A stretch of DNA of 64,000 nt from Lama glama. Lineage: Eukaryota. The DNA lies in assembly GCA_028534125.1 (NCBI GenBank), contig CM052816.1, positions 68,946,001-69,010,000 on the forward strand. Reading direction: 5' to 3'. Positions 1 through 12,029 of the stretch are shown in pieces. The position numbers were made by a program, and so were the translations under genes. Position 1 is the first letter of the stretch; each line of letters begins with the position of its first letter. The notes under the pieces are model-generated. The model did not search any database, was not told where the DNA came from, and worked only from the letters and a program-made list of their open reading frames with translations.

Positions 1-279
1 CTGAGAACCAGGAGCTCTGACATCTGAAGGCAGGAAAAGATAGATGTCCCAGTTCAAGAAGAGAGAATTTACCCTTGCTTTGCCTTCTTGTTCCATTTGG
101 GTCCCCAGGGATTGGATGGTGCTCACCTTCGTTGGTGAGGGTGGATCTCTTTACTCAGTCTACTGAGTCGAAAGCTAATGCCTTCCAGGAACACCCTCAC
201 AGAGACATCCAGAAACAATGTTTTACCAGCTCTCTGGGCATCCCTTAGCCCAGTCAAGCTGACACATAAAACTAGCCAT
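1..279 (-). mobile_element. MLT2B-like ERVL LTR fragment
   Basis: Reverse complement reads ATGGCTAGTTTTATGTGTCAGCTTGACTGGGCTAAGGGATGCCCAGAGAGCTGGTAAAACATTGTTTCTGGATGTCTCTGTGAGGGTG, matching the MLT2 5' end as I recall it. Confidence 0.8.
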
Positions 280-289
280 GTACCCTGCC

Positions 290-789
290 NNNNNNNNNNN
301 NNNNNNNNNNNNNNNNNNNNNNNNNNNNNNNNNNNNNNNNNNNNNNNNNNNNNNNNNNNNNNNNNNNNNNNNNNNNNNNNNNNNNNNNNNNNNNNNNNNN
401 NNNNNNNNNNNNNNNNNNNNNNNNNNNNNNNNNNNNNNNNNNNNNNNNNNNNNNNNNNNNNNNNNNNNNNNNNNNNNNNNNNNNNNNNNNNNNNNNNNNN
501 NNNNNNNNNNNNNNNNNNNNNNNNNNNNNNNNNNNNNNNNNNNNNNNNNNNNNNNNNNNNNNNNNNNNNNNNNNNNNNNNNNNNNNNNNNNNNNNNNNNN
601 NNNNNNNNNNNNNNNNNNNNNNNNNNNNNNNNNNNNNNNNNNNNNNNNNNNNNNNNNNNNNNNNNNNNNNNNNNNNNNNNNNNNNNNNNNNNNNNNNNNN
701 NNNNNNNNNNNNNNNNNNNNNNNNNNNNNNNNNNNNNNNNNNNNNNNNNNNNNNNNNNNNNNNNNNNNNNNNNNNNNNNNNNNNNNNNN
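290..789. other. Assembly gap (exactly 500 N)
   Basis: N run; same length as the other two gaps. Confidence 1.
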
Positions 790-1279
790 CCCCCCCCAGT
801 CTGGGCTTGTGAGTGTGAGGTGCCTGATGCACGTTTCCAGTGCTCTGCCTCTCCTGCTCTCAGCTTTCCTGTTCCTACCCCAAACCCAAGAACAGGAGTA
901 GAACAATTGAAAGGCAAAAAACCTGACCCCAAACAACACTGAGGCCTCAGGCTCCTGGCTTCTCTTTTTCTGGGGAAGGTGTCCTTTTTGGTGCAGTTTC
1001 TGGAGGAAAACAGAGAAAAGCAGTGAGGAGAAAGAGAGAGCTCCTCTCACCAGCCAGAGTGACTGCAGGTGGCTGGACGATCTTCACACCCACTTACTAT
1101 AAAAACCAAACAAAACCAGTACTCACTGCCTTAATGTTCTAGCCTATCTCCTTCCTGTCTTTTATTTATAGATTGGAGATGGGACCATATTGACATACTC
1201 TTATAGGTTCCTTTTTTCACTTGGTAATATATTAGAAGCATTTGCATGTTTTATTGACTATTGTCCTATTTTTTAAAAA

Positions 1280-2060
1280 AGTTTTTTTACTGAGGTGAGA
1301 TCATAAAAATTAAAAACATAAAATTAAACATTTTAAAGTAAAAAATTCAGCAGTCTTTAGTACATTCACAGTGTTGTGCAACTACCACCTCTATCTAGTT
1401 CCAAATTATTTTCACCATCCCAAAAGAAAACTCAGTACCCATTAAGCAGTTTCTCCCCATTTTCTCCTTCCCCCAACCCCTGGAAACTACCAGTTTGTGT
1501 TCTGTCTCCATGGATTTACCTATTCTGATTATTTTATATACGTGGAATCATACAATATGTGACTTTTTGTGTCTAGCTTCTTTCACTTGTCGTAATATTT
1601 TCAAGTTGTACCCATGTTGTAGCATTTAATCAGTACTTCATTCCTTTTTATAGTTAATATTCATATATACATTGCTATATATGAATATGTATATTCCATT
1701 CCACACATACATCCCCCTCAATTTATTTATCTATTTCTACCTTCTGGCTATTATGAATAATGCCAGTATGAGCATCTGTGTACCTATATTTGTTTGAGTT
1801 TGAGTATCCATTTTCGTTTCTCTTGGGTATATACCTAGGAGTTGAAATGCTATTCATATGTAATTCTAGGTTTAACCTTTTGAGGAACTGCCAAACTGTT
1901 TCCCACAGCAGCTGCACCATTTTGGATTCCCCTAAGCAATGTACAAAAGTTCTGATTTCTCCGTATCCTCACCAACACTTGTTATCGATTGACAATTAAT
2001 TATAGCCATCCTAGTGGGTGTGGGGTGGTGCTTCGCTGTGGTTTTGATTTGCAATTCCTT
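1280..2060 (-). mobile_element. Old L1 (L1M-type) 3' fragment
   Basis: T-rich start and typical antisense L1 3' motifs (gtggaatcatacaatatgtg; ttttgaggaactgccaaactgtttcccacagcagctgcacc). Minus-strand ORFs 1723-1920 and 1932-2114 resemble the L1 ORF2 C-terminus. Boundaries approximate. Confidence 0.8.
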
Positions 2061-2982
2061 ACTGTCTGTCATTATTTCTAATGGCTGCAGAGTATTCTCT
2101 TTGCTGGATATCACATAGTTTACCCAGTTAATTCTCCATCGGTCTCCACTGAGTCCCCCTCATCTTTTTGGCCTTAAAAGCACATAGACTGTAGTACACA
2201 CTGGCATGTTCTCAGCTGAAGGTGTGGACTGTGGAGTCAGACTGATGAGGTTAGGGTATGGCATCTCCACTTACTGTGTGGTCTTGGGCAATTCACATAA
2301 CTTCTAAACCTCAGTTTCTTCATTAGCGAAATGGGAATAAATAAAAGACCTGTTTTACCAAGTGTTGGGTCAGTGGAGGTTAGGCACATATTTGAAAGCT
2401 TTAGACACACATCACCAGGTTGTCCTTTCAGTTACTAATTGCTCCACCAGCACTGTATGCTTATTTCTAGAACCTTCAACACTGGGAATTGTCATTTAAA
2501 ACAATCATTGCTAATGTCTCATTATTGTTTTAAAATTTGCATTTTTTTGATTACTAGTGAGCTTGAATATTTTGAGGACATTTATATATCTCTTTTGTGA
2601 ATTGCTTTTTTATGTCCCTTGCTCATTTTTTTCTTAAGATGGTGAACTTGTCTAAGTTTCTGTAAAAGCCATTTATGTAAGGATATTAACCTAACATGCT
2701 TGTCATTTTGTTAAAAAATAATTCACTTCTAGTCTGTCGTTTGCATTTTAATTTCACATAGCTACATGGCATGGCTCATCACTAAAGGATCTATAAATAC
2801 CAAACTCCTGATGTTTCTGAGAGGGGATGGACAGATGTTGAGCAAGTTAAGCCTCAGTTTTCCTATCTGTGAAATGAGATTGGACTAGAAAATTGCTGTT
2901 TATTTCCAGATTTGAAATTTTATGATTTTATATAAACATCTTGTATGTTCAGTATTGTAGTATTATTCAACTTCATATTTTA

Positions 2983-3115
2983 ATATTATTTTTTATAAAA
3001 TTAAAAACAATGTTTTTAATTAAGTTTATTTATTTTTTTAATGGAGATACTGAGAATTGAACCCAGGACCTCATGCATGCTAAGCACTCTACCACTGAGC
3101 TATACCTTGCCCCCT
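2983..3115 (-). mobile_element. tRNA-derived SINE (camelid Vic-1-like) with 17-bp TSD
   Basis: Minus strand: GGTATAGCTCAGTGGTAGAGTGCTTAGCATGCATGAGGTCCTGGGTTCAATTCTCAGTATCTCCA (A and B boxes) plus A-rich tail. Direct repeat TTCAACTTCATATTTTA at 2966-2982 and 3116-3132. Confidence 0.85.
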
Positions 3116-3413
3116 TTCAACTTCATATTTTATATTTGTATGTAATAGTAATAAACATAAAGATAATTACTCCCTAAAGTGCTTCGGTATGTCTTGAGAC
3201 CCTTGAGTAGAGGCTCTAAGTATATATATGTAATTGTGTTAAGTTTATTTTATACATATATTATAAAATAACATTCTCCCAGGTCACAAAATTTTATAAT
3301 TTTATATATATATTGCTTGTGTTTTACTAGATGAGTTGTTTATAATTCTCTTTTAAGGAATTTTTGTATCATTGAGGCTACGATAAATCACTGATCTTTT
3401 TGTTGTTAAACAG

Positions 3414-3633
3414 GTATTTGATGCAGTCAATCCTACATATTCTAACTTTAAGAGCGACTTTGCGAAGAGGCTGTCGGCTGAAGTTCCTGTTGCCAGTAGC
3501 CCAATTACCACAAGATGGCGGCAAAGCCAAACCAGGGATCTGGCAGCCCATTCTTTTGGGGAAGAGCATTCAACCACTGACCTCCCACAAACTACGCTGA
3601 AGGCAACGCCTGAGAAAGAGACTTTGATTCCAG
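3414..3633 (+). CDS. CDC20B: CDC20B coding exon (orthologous exon 3)
   Basis: cag|GTA...CCAG|gtgag; 220 nt; VFDAVNPTYSNFKSDFAKRLSAEVPVASSPITTRWRQSQTRDLAAHSFGEEHSTTDLPQTTLKATPEKETLIP(G), resembling the CDC20B N-terminal region. Confidence 0.92.
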
Positions 3634-4039
3634 GTGAGGTAATAGAAATACCACAGGTTAATTCTGAAATCCTTAATAAAAGATGTATTTTTGAGAGAAT
3701 GTTTGTCTTAAAGAAATACCTAGTGTCACATTTCATCAACTGCTTTTCTTTTTTTCTCCTTTTAAATAAAAAATTTCCAAGGAGGTGATAAGGAAGGGGA
3801 GGGCTGAAAAAAAAAGCCAAAAGAAAGTATGTTGCATTTTAAAAATGTTTCTGAGATTTATATTTGTGGATGATTACTTTTGTAAAGATTGTAAATATGT
3901 ATAAACATGTGTATACATTTGTATACACACAAATGTATCTCTTTCTTGTTTTGCAAAGTATCGAATTTTTAATGACTCTGGTAATATTCCTTGTCTAAAA
4001 CAGTCAGGAAAAAGATATATTAGTAATGAAATAATCATG

Positions 4040-4305
4040 TAGGAAATAGGAGAAGAAAAAGATTAAAACAGGAGGAGATGCGTGGAAGAGAAAGAAAAGG
4101 AAGGAAAAGGAGAGATATGGAGGGAAGGAGAGAGGAGAAAGGGAGAGAGAAGGAGAAGAAGGAAAAGAAGGAGGAGGAGGAGGGGGAGAGATGGAGTTGG
4201 GAAGAGGAAGGGGGAGAGGAGGAGAAGGAGAAGAAGTGAGATAAGAGGAGGGGAGGGAAACAAGAAGAGAGGGAAGAGGAAAGCAAAGGGAAGGAAAGAT
4301 GAGAG
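4040..4305 (+). repeat. Polypurine (GA-rich) low-complexity tract
   Basis: About 260 nt almost entirely G/A; source of the spurious ORFs at 4004-4388. Confidence 0.9.
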
Positions 4306-4649
4306 TGGGACTGTCTGATGCCTGCCTGGGGCAGGGATGGGGAATAGGCACCAAAGCCCTGATCTGGTGGGCAGGGATCCAGGATCAACCAGTCAAGCTC
4401 TGAAACACAAGCTATCTAAAATATGTCTCATGTGAGCACAAGCTTTTTTATTCCCATCCTTCAGAAGCAAAATTTGCCATTTAGAGATTTAATTTCTGTG
4501 CTTCCTTCTTAAAATCCTAGGCGACATAATTCATTGTCTTATCAGCATGTTTAAGCCAAATGTGAACTGTAATGTCACTCTTTTCTCAATGATATTAGAC
4601 ACAATGAGGCACTGCAGTCCTGCAGATTGAAAGGGAGCCCAAATCATTT

Positions 4650-5000
4650 TTTTTAAAAAACACCTTTATTGTGGTATGGTTCCTGTACCATAAACCACAC
4701 GTATTTCAGATGTACACTTTAATGAGTTTTGATAGCTGTATACACCAATGACCACCACCACAATCAAGATATCTGACATTTCCATCACTCCCCAAGAGGT
4801 GTAACCTTTGAGTTCCCAATTTATCCCTTCCCGCTCCCTTTAACCACTGGTAACCATAAGTTTGTTCTCCATGTCTGTGAGTCTGTTTCTGTTTTGTAAA
4901 TAAGTTTATCTGTGTCCTTTTTTTTTTTTTAGATTCCACGTATGAGTGATATCATATGGCATTTTTCTTTCTTTTGCTGTCTTACTTCACTTAGAATGGA
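4650..5000 (-). mobile_element. L1 3' end fragment(s)
   Basis: ggtaaccataagtttgttctccatgtctgtgagtctgtttctgttttgtaaataag...agattccacgtatgagtgatatcatatgg is a typical antisense L1 3' UTR. Confidence 0.75.
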
Positions 5001-5675
5001 TATTGTCATTCCAAATCATTTTCAAGCAAATGAAATTCCCATGGATCAGTATCAATACTGAAAGTAGCTGGTTGAAGCAGTAGGAGATTCAGGGTTGTAA
5101 GAAAGGTCTTAGATTTTGGATAGCCCAGGACTCGAGGAGAGGGGCTCTAGGAACACTAGTGACAGTTTATCCAGCCTATGTTTGTCCAAATGCAGAAGGG
5201 ACTGTCACATGGCAAAAGGCCAAGATACTGAATCCAATTGCCCCTTGAATCCTCTGATGAATAAGTGATATAGCAGATATTTAGTTTTAGAAGATGACTT
5301 GTCAAAGTTTTCAGTGCAGTTAAAAGTCTGGTAAAGGGCTTTCTCAATCTTAAGAAGAGAATAGAAATGGATACTAATACTGCAAATGACATTGACTCTT
5401 CCATGATTGTAACTTAGGAAGCGTTTCAGCAACGTCATCTCAAACTCCCTTTCTATCTTTGTGCAGTAGGAAGAGGGAGGGGATGTGATTTGCTCATGAT
5501 CATGTAGTGAACGTCAAAGACCAGACGGCAAGCATCCCATGGTGATTTCCTGGCAGGATGATCACAGCCTGGGCAAACCAGATACTCTTTGTTCCATCAT
5601 TTTAAACTATTGAACTGTTTGTATCCATTCTTTAAAGGTACAATTGTGTTCTTCCCTTGCAGAGATAAAGTGTTT

Positions 5676-5708
5676 CTGCTGCTGCTGCTGCTGCCGCTGC
5701 TGCTGCAG
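5676..5708 (+). repeat. (CTG)6 CCG (CTG)3 CAG trinucleotide microsatellite
   Basis: Read directly, in CDC20B intron 3. Confidence 0.95.
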
Positions 5709-5988
5709 TTGAGGTCAGGTCTTTAATCTTGGCATTTCCTCCTGGCTCTGGAGGCCACTGAGGCAATTTCTCATCTGGTGTTCACTTATGAACCCAGTAC
5801 TCTGGATAAGGCCCTTTGCCATCCCTTTCACCCTACTCTACCCCGGAATTTTGGAAAGACGAGGACCTGTGTCTTCACATTCTGTTCTACTGTACATGCC
5901 AAGGGCTGAACTCTAAACAAAGGTTTAAAAGATTATATTGTTTTAAAAATTCAAAATTCAAATTCAAAACTAAATGTTTTTCTGGCAG

Positions 5989-6119
5989 GATCCTACAAAG
6001 AACTGCTGAAGACCCCCAACAGGGGAAATTTTGGAACCATTAACTCTGCTCTCTGTTTTTGCAAGGAACCTCATGCACTGGATGGAAGCTGGAAGGAAAA
6101 TGTTGCCTCGAAAGGCCAG
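5989..6119 (+). CDS. CDC20B: CDC20B exon 4
   Basis: ggcag|GA...CAG|gtagg; 131 nt, phase 1 to 0; (G)SYKELLKTPNRGNFGTINSALCFCKEPHALDGSWKENVASKGQ. Confidence 0.92.
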
Positions 6120-7647
6120 GTAGGTGGAGAGAGAAAACTGAAGATCTCACACCTTGAGAAGCTCAGAAGACTAGGTCCCAAATGTGACATAAGAGCTGGC
6201 TTATCTGCTGTTACAAATCAATAAGAAAGTGATGAGTTCCTGACAGAAAAAAAGGATGCATGAAGGACATGAATAGAGGGAATTTCAAAATGAAATAGAA
6301 CATCCAACACATACATAAAAAGTATCCATCAAAAATTAGTATCCATCAAAAAAGAGATGAGACTAACCATCAAAAAGATAAGATTAAAAATAGAATAAAA
6401 TTATGTGTACTATGCTATGTTTCCTTTCAGCCAAAAGATCTCTTGTGCAATAATTTCCCAACTATTTGGAAAATATGTGGTGAATTGGTCCACCCTTCGA
6501 GGTCTCTTGTCCTCTGTAAGATGGCCTTTTAGCTATTTCTCTTAAGTCTTTGTTATTGTTGTTTAGTTTCTCAACTAAGTTAATTTAGTTCTTTTAAGTA
6601 TCTTACTTATTGTTTTAAGTTCATAGGAGTCCACCTTAAATCCTTTAAGCACATTAAATATCAGTAGCATGCTTTCAGGTTTATCAAATTCAGTGAAAAG
6701 CTCTGAAGGAATCAATGTTTTATTTAGAAAACTTTGAACTGGAAATGTCATAAGTTCTGTTTAGGCAAAGTTACTCATTTAGTGTGTGCCCCCTCTGGCA
6801 TATATATGTTACTGGAGGAGCGATAAAATACTGTGACTGTAAAATTTAATTACTTGAACTCATAATGCGGTTGGAAACAAATGTATTAGAGCAGATCTTT
6901 TGCTGGTGCTTTATTGTTGGGTAAGGGTTTGGGAGTGGGGGTGGGGAAATGTTTAGGGGGTTCTACTGAGGTAACTGTGGGTGCTGTTGAGCTCATGGCC
7001 AGATTACTATCACCAGATTACTGTCCTTTCCATACTGCTGCCGATTGGAGTTTTTACTGCCCTAAACTTCAGGACTTCCCTTTTCCTTCCCCTTGTGCTG
7101 TCTGGTAACTGGTGGCAGCAAAGTTGGTGACTCTGTTCACATGGGATCACAATGGTGTTGGCAAGTTACCATCATTACAGCAATTGTTACCCAGCCAGAA
7201 CATCGTCCCAGCATCACTGAAGAACCTGGGCAGGGGACAATGGAAACTGCTTTACTACTTCACATAGAGCATCTGTTGTCATGACTAGTTAGAAGTCTAA
7301 CAGCAGCGAGAGTGGTGCAGATACAAAGTGAGGTCTTTCACTTTGACAGTAAATACATGTCATCATGTGGTCCTCAGAGGTCGTCTGTAGGGGGTTTCCA
7401 CAGTGAGAACCACACAGCTGTGGAGACATTCAGAATTCTCATATCCACCGGCTCTATGCCAAGTTGCTCATTAAAGCGATAAGTAGCTCTCACCTAGGGA
7501 AGAGTATCCCTGGGTACGCTGAGCAGAAGCACACTGGGCGATGCCTCGCTCAGCTTTGCGGTAACTATGGGATTCCAAAGAAATGAATCTGTGAAGAGTT
7601 ACACTGAGCTACTGGCCAGCAAGCCATTTCAGGAATGTTTTTATACC

Positions 7648-7849
7648 AGTGCTTTACAAATGGGGGCGATTCTGCTCCCCAAGGGACATAATGTCTGAAG
7701 ACGTCACTGATGATCACGACCCAGGAGGAGGATCTCTAGTAGACAGAGGTTAGGGATGCTGCTAGATGTCCTGTAATGCACAGTACAGTCCCCACAATAA
7801 CAAATTATCTGTTGCCAAATGCCAATAGTTCTGAGGTTAGGAAACCCTG
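7648..7849. mobile_element. MER20-like hAT DNA transposon
   Basis: cagtg...gggggcgattctgctcccc...agggatgctgcta...cctgtaatgcacagtacagtccccacaa...aattatct...gaggttaggaaaccctg follows the recalled MER20 layout. Confidence 0.75.
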
Positions 7850-8831
7850 CCTTCTAATTAGTTGTTTTACTTTGACTACCTGAAAATCAATGATTCATTG
7901 ACTGGCAATGCCTATTATGTGACATTATATCTGGGAAGAAAACCAAAATATCAAAATGATGCTTGGCAGAGAGACTTTGTCTGAATTATGATGATCCAGT
8001 GGTTAAATGTATTGTAAAGGAGGAATAAAAAAAAAGAGAATCATCTCTGCTTTAACAATTCATTATTGTATTTCTGGAATAAGTACTTTTCTTTCCCCTC
8101 ACGACTAATTTTCCTGTCTGTTTTTGATTGAAGTTGGATGTAAGAATGTCAGAAGTGCTCTTTATATACCAGCCCAGAGAGATAGTAATCAGATTTTTGT
8201 GGAAATTTAGGCAATTTACTTAAGCTCTCTGTGGCTTGATGTCCCCATTTCTCATGGGCAAAGGTGTCAGTGGAAAAGGACCTTTAAGATAATTAGTTTA
8301 ATCCCAGCACGTTACAGGTGAGGAAAATTGAGGTCCCGAGAAAACTTCAGTAACAGACGGAGGGAACATCTCTGGCTTGAATGCTTGAGAGGCACTCCTT
8401 GAAAGAAATCTTTCTGGAAAAAAGCAGCCTTACTAATGCTCAACCTTATTATTTTGAGGTCTTTTAATTTCAGAAAGTACTAGAAATATGACATTTCAGT
8501 TCTTGCAGGCTTTGATGATATCACTGGCCTATGGTTGGTTTGAGGGCTAAGAGGATTTTTAGGTTAGAAGAATAAAAGAGGATTTTATTCTAGTAATACC
8601 TGCCTCTGGAGTTCTTGGGGGAGATTAGAAATAACATACGTAGAACACTCAGGACTGGGTTCATCACACAGTGGTTAGCTAAGAAACAATGACGATTATT
8701 GTACTGCTGGTTTTGGTAATGTGTAGTTTCTGATCTTCCTAATGAATTACTAGTTTCAACTCTACACCATGCATCGCATCTGAGATATACATATATATTT
8801 CTAAATAAATGTTTTCTTTGTTTGTTTTTAG

Positions 8832-8925
8832 AAGTGCTTAAACCAGTTATTTTCAACCCAGAAGGTGGCTCAGCATGTGAATGGGAAAATGCAGCTCTGT
8901 GAGCAATCCCAGTGCATTTGGAAAG
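8832..8925 (+). CDS. CDC20B: CDC20B exon 5
   Basis: tttttag|AAG...AAAG|gtatg; 94 nt; KCLNQLFSTQKVAQHVNGKMQLCEQSQCIWK(G). Confidence 0.92.
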
Positions 8926-10178
8926 GTATGGGTCAAAGATTTTCTGTTTGACCTCTTTCCTACCCTCCTTTCTCCCTACATCCTTCATTTCTCCCTTATC
9001 TTGGAATGTATCATTTTTATATTTATTAGACTAAGTCAACATAATTGTAAAATTTAGATAATTCTCATGATCCTCTGTCTTAACCATCCCCACCCCCACT
9101 TCCCGTGTTCTAGGGGCAATCGCTCTTAGCTCTTTCTGGCTATTCCCCCTGGTATTTACACCTGTTTTCTAAATAATATTTGTAAACTGCTGTTTTGAAA
9201 AGTATAGGCTTCATCACAACTTTCTAGCATAGTAAGAACTTAGTTCTCCTCCTTTCTCTTTCATCTCCCTCTATCTATTTATATCACATTCTTAAATAGT
9301 AAAATTAGTATTTAATGTTTGAATCATATTACTTTTCAACTATTATTTGCTGCCAAGCCAAGCAGTGTACTTTAACTGTGCCTCTTTTCTAATATAACTC
9401 TTTGTTTTTCCTGGAATTGAAAAGTTGCTTTATTTTTTCATTTATTCGGTATCTATGAAACTATGAGTTTTTCCTTAAATGCTCTCATATTTTGTTCCAT
9501 GGTTATCAATAACCTTCTCCATGCACCTTCTCACAACGTTTCCTGTTTTCTTTGGTGGCCTCCTACCCAGAGCCTGCTGAACGGGCTGCTCTCTTGGCCA
9601 GTCCCATGGTCGTAGTTCTGGGACTTCTCTTCTCTGATATCAGAACCACTATTTCCTGGCAGCTATGCTGTGCTCTTTCTGGGTTTGCTCATCTGCTTCC
9701 CACATCCCTCCACCTCAGATCTTCTCAGTCCTGCCACCAAAGTGATCTGTCTAAAGTAGAGCAACAGACTTGCAAGCCAAGTCAGAAGAATGGCCACACA
9801 TAAATTTTGGGCTTATTCTACGTTTACACTTGATTTATAGTTTGGCTGGCTACAAAGTCTAGTTTCATTCAGAATTTTGAAGGTATTGCTTTATTGTTTT
9901 CTAGCATCCACTGTTGCTGTTGAGAAATCATATGCTATTGTGACTTCTTATGCTTTGTATGTCATTTGCTTTTTCTCTCTGAATTGCACGTAGAAAAATC
10001 TCTTATTATTAGTGTTCAAAATTTCGTGATGATAAAACTTTGTGTAGGTTTTAGAAAAATCTCATTGTAATTGAAAAGCACATTGGTGGGTCTTTTCAAT
10101 CTTGGAGACCTATGTCTTTTAGTTCTTGGGAAGTTTCTTGAATTATTCTTTAGTACTTTCTTCACCTTTGTTTCTTTT

Positions 10179-10925
10179 ATTTTTTAAATAATTTTAAAAT
10201 TTTATTTATTTATTTTTTAAACTTTTAAAAATTGAGTTATAGTTATTTTACAATGCTGTGTCAAATTCCAGTGTAGAGCACAATTTTTCAGTTGTACATG
10301 AACATACATACATTTGTTGTCACATTGTCTTTCGCTGTGAGCCACCTCAAGATCCTGTATATATTTCCCTGTGCTACACAGTACAATCTTGTTTATCTAT
10401 TCTACATTTTGAAATCCCAGTCTGTCCCTTCCCACCCCTCTATCCCCCTGGCAACCACAAGTTTGTATTCTATGTCTATGAGTCTGTTTCTGTTTTGTAT
10501 TTGTTTTTTGTTTTGTTTTGTTTTGTTTTGTCTTTTTAGATTCCGCATATGAGTGATCTCACATAGTATTTGTCTTTCTCTTTCTGGCTTACTTCACTTA
10601 GAATGACATTCTCCAGAAACATCCATGTTGTTGCAAATGGCATTATTTTGTCGGTTTTTATGGCTGAATAGTATTCCATTGTATAAATATACCACATCTT
10701 CTTTATCCAGTCATCTGTTGATGGACATTTAGGCTGTTTCCATGTCTCAGCTATTGTAAATAGTGCTGCTGTGAACTTTGGGGTGCAGGTGTCATTTTGA
10801 AGTAGGGTTCCTTCTGAATATATGCCCAGAAGCAGGATTCCTGGGTCATATGTTAAGTCTATTCCTAGTCTTTTGAGAAAAGGGAACCCTCCTACACTGC
10901 TGGTGGGAATTCAGTTTGGTGCAGC
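10179..10925 (-). mobile_element. 5'-truncated, 5'-inverted L1 with 16-bp TSD
   Basis: T-rich tail at left; antisense L1 3' sequence to about 10880; inverted segment about 10881-10925. TSD CACCTTTGTTTCTTTT at 10163-10178 and 10926-10941. Confidence 0.85.
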
Positions 10926-11154
10926 CACCTTTGTTTCTTTTTACCTTCTTTTTACCTTTTTTTCTGAAATATTGAGCATAATTGTTGGCCCTTCTGGATG
11001 AATTCTTTAATTTTCTTTTTTTTTCTAGTCTATCTTTTATCTCATTTTTTTCTACTTTCAAAGTAGTTACCTCAATTTGTCCACTAGCCTTGCTATTAAA
11101 CTTTTTATTTTGGCTGTCCTAATTTTAATTTTAAAATTTCTTGGACACTGTCAT

Positions 11155-11328
11155 TCCTCTCTCTCCCCCTTTCACTCTCTCTGTTTCTCCTCTTCTCCTC
11201 CTTCCCTCTTTTTTCCATCCTTCATCCCTCCCTCTTTCTTCCTTCCCTCTCTCCTTGCCTCCTTCCCTCCTTCCTTCCTTCCCTCCTTCATTCCTTTTTC
11301 CTTTCTGTCCTTCCTTTCTTTCTTTCCT
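11155..11328 (+). repeat. Polypyrimidine (CT-rich) low-complexity tract
   Basis: Read directly; ccttcc/ctct units. Confidence 0.9.
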
Positions 11329-12029
11329 GCAGTGGGGAGATATTGCTATTGGGGAGTTTCCAGAAGGTCCTCCTTCCATGCGGCATTTAGTGCTCTGACA
11401 GTCAAATTTACCCTGAGCCCCACGTGTTCTCCTTCCTACTTCCTCTTTTCATCTTGGAAGTTTTTGTGTCATTCATGAGATTGTTATTGTGGTTGGAAAA
11501 TAATTAATTAGGAGACTAGCTCTGGGAGAGAAACTTAAGAGAACTAGTGGTTCAATTCACAAATGCCAAGGAAACTTGCCTGTGACATTTCCCTTTGGGA
11601 TAAGATAACTTCGTGCGTATGTGTTTTTCATGCCTCTGTTTCCAAGCGGTATAAAGGGGTCAAAATGGAATTAGACACATAAAAACAGGCACAAAAAACT
11701 TCAGGCCCACTGAATATACTTTTGGGAAGTTTGGGAATGTACAGTTGGGATGAATGAGTGAATCTTATCCTTTCCTTCTTTACTCTTTTCCTTAGAATTA
11801 CATTTTCTTAAAAGCAAAATAAAATATCTAGGAACATGTCTTCCCTTACTCTCCCATCTTGTGATCTGATCGGCAACAAGTTTGTGTTTCTATAACATGC
11901 TGAATATTTGACATGGAATAGAAATTATGTATCCTATGTAGGCAGAGAGCCTGTACGTATTATTTTGATATCCTAGGAGATCTATCTATCTCTATGTATG
12001 TATGTATTTATCCATTCATCCATCCATCT

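Noticed and set aside
123..1050. Long ORFs spanning N runs (also 30317-31018 and 58517-59348)
   Set aside because: Artefacts of translating through assembly gaps.
3040..3110. tRNA gene (also 56540-56605)
   Set aside because: A/B boxes are present, but the degenerate cloverleaf, A-rich tail and TSDs identify a SINE.
4004..4388. Pro/Ser/Leu-rich and Arg/Glu/Gly-rich ORFs (also 11077-11478)
   Set aside because: Translations of low-complexity GA/CT tracts.
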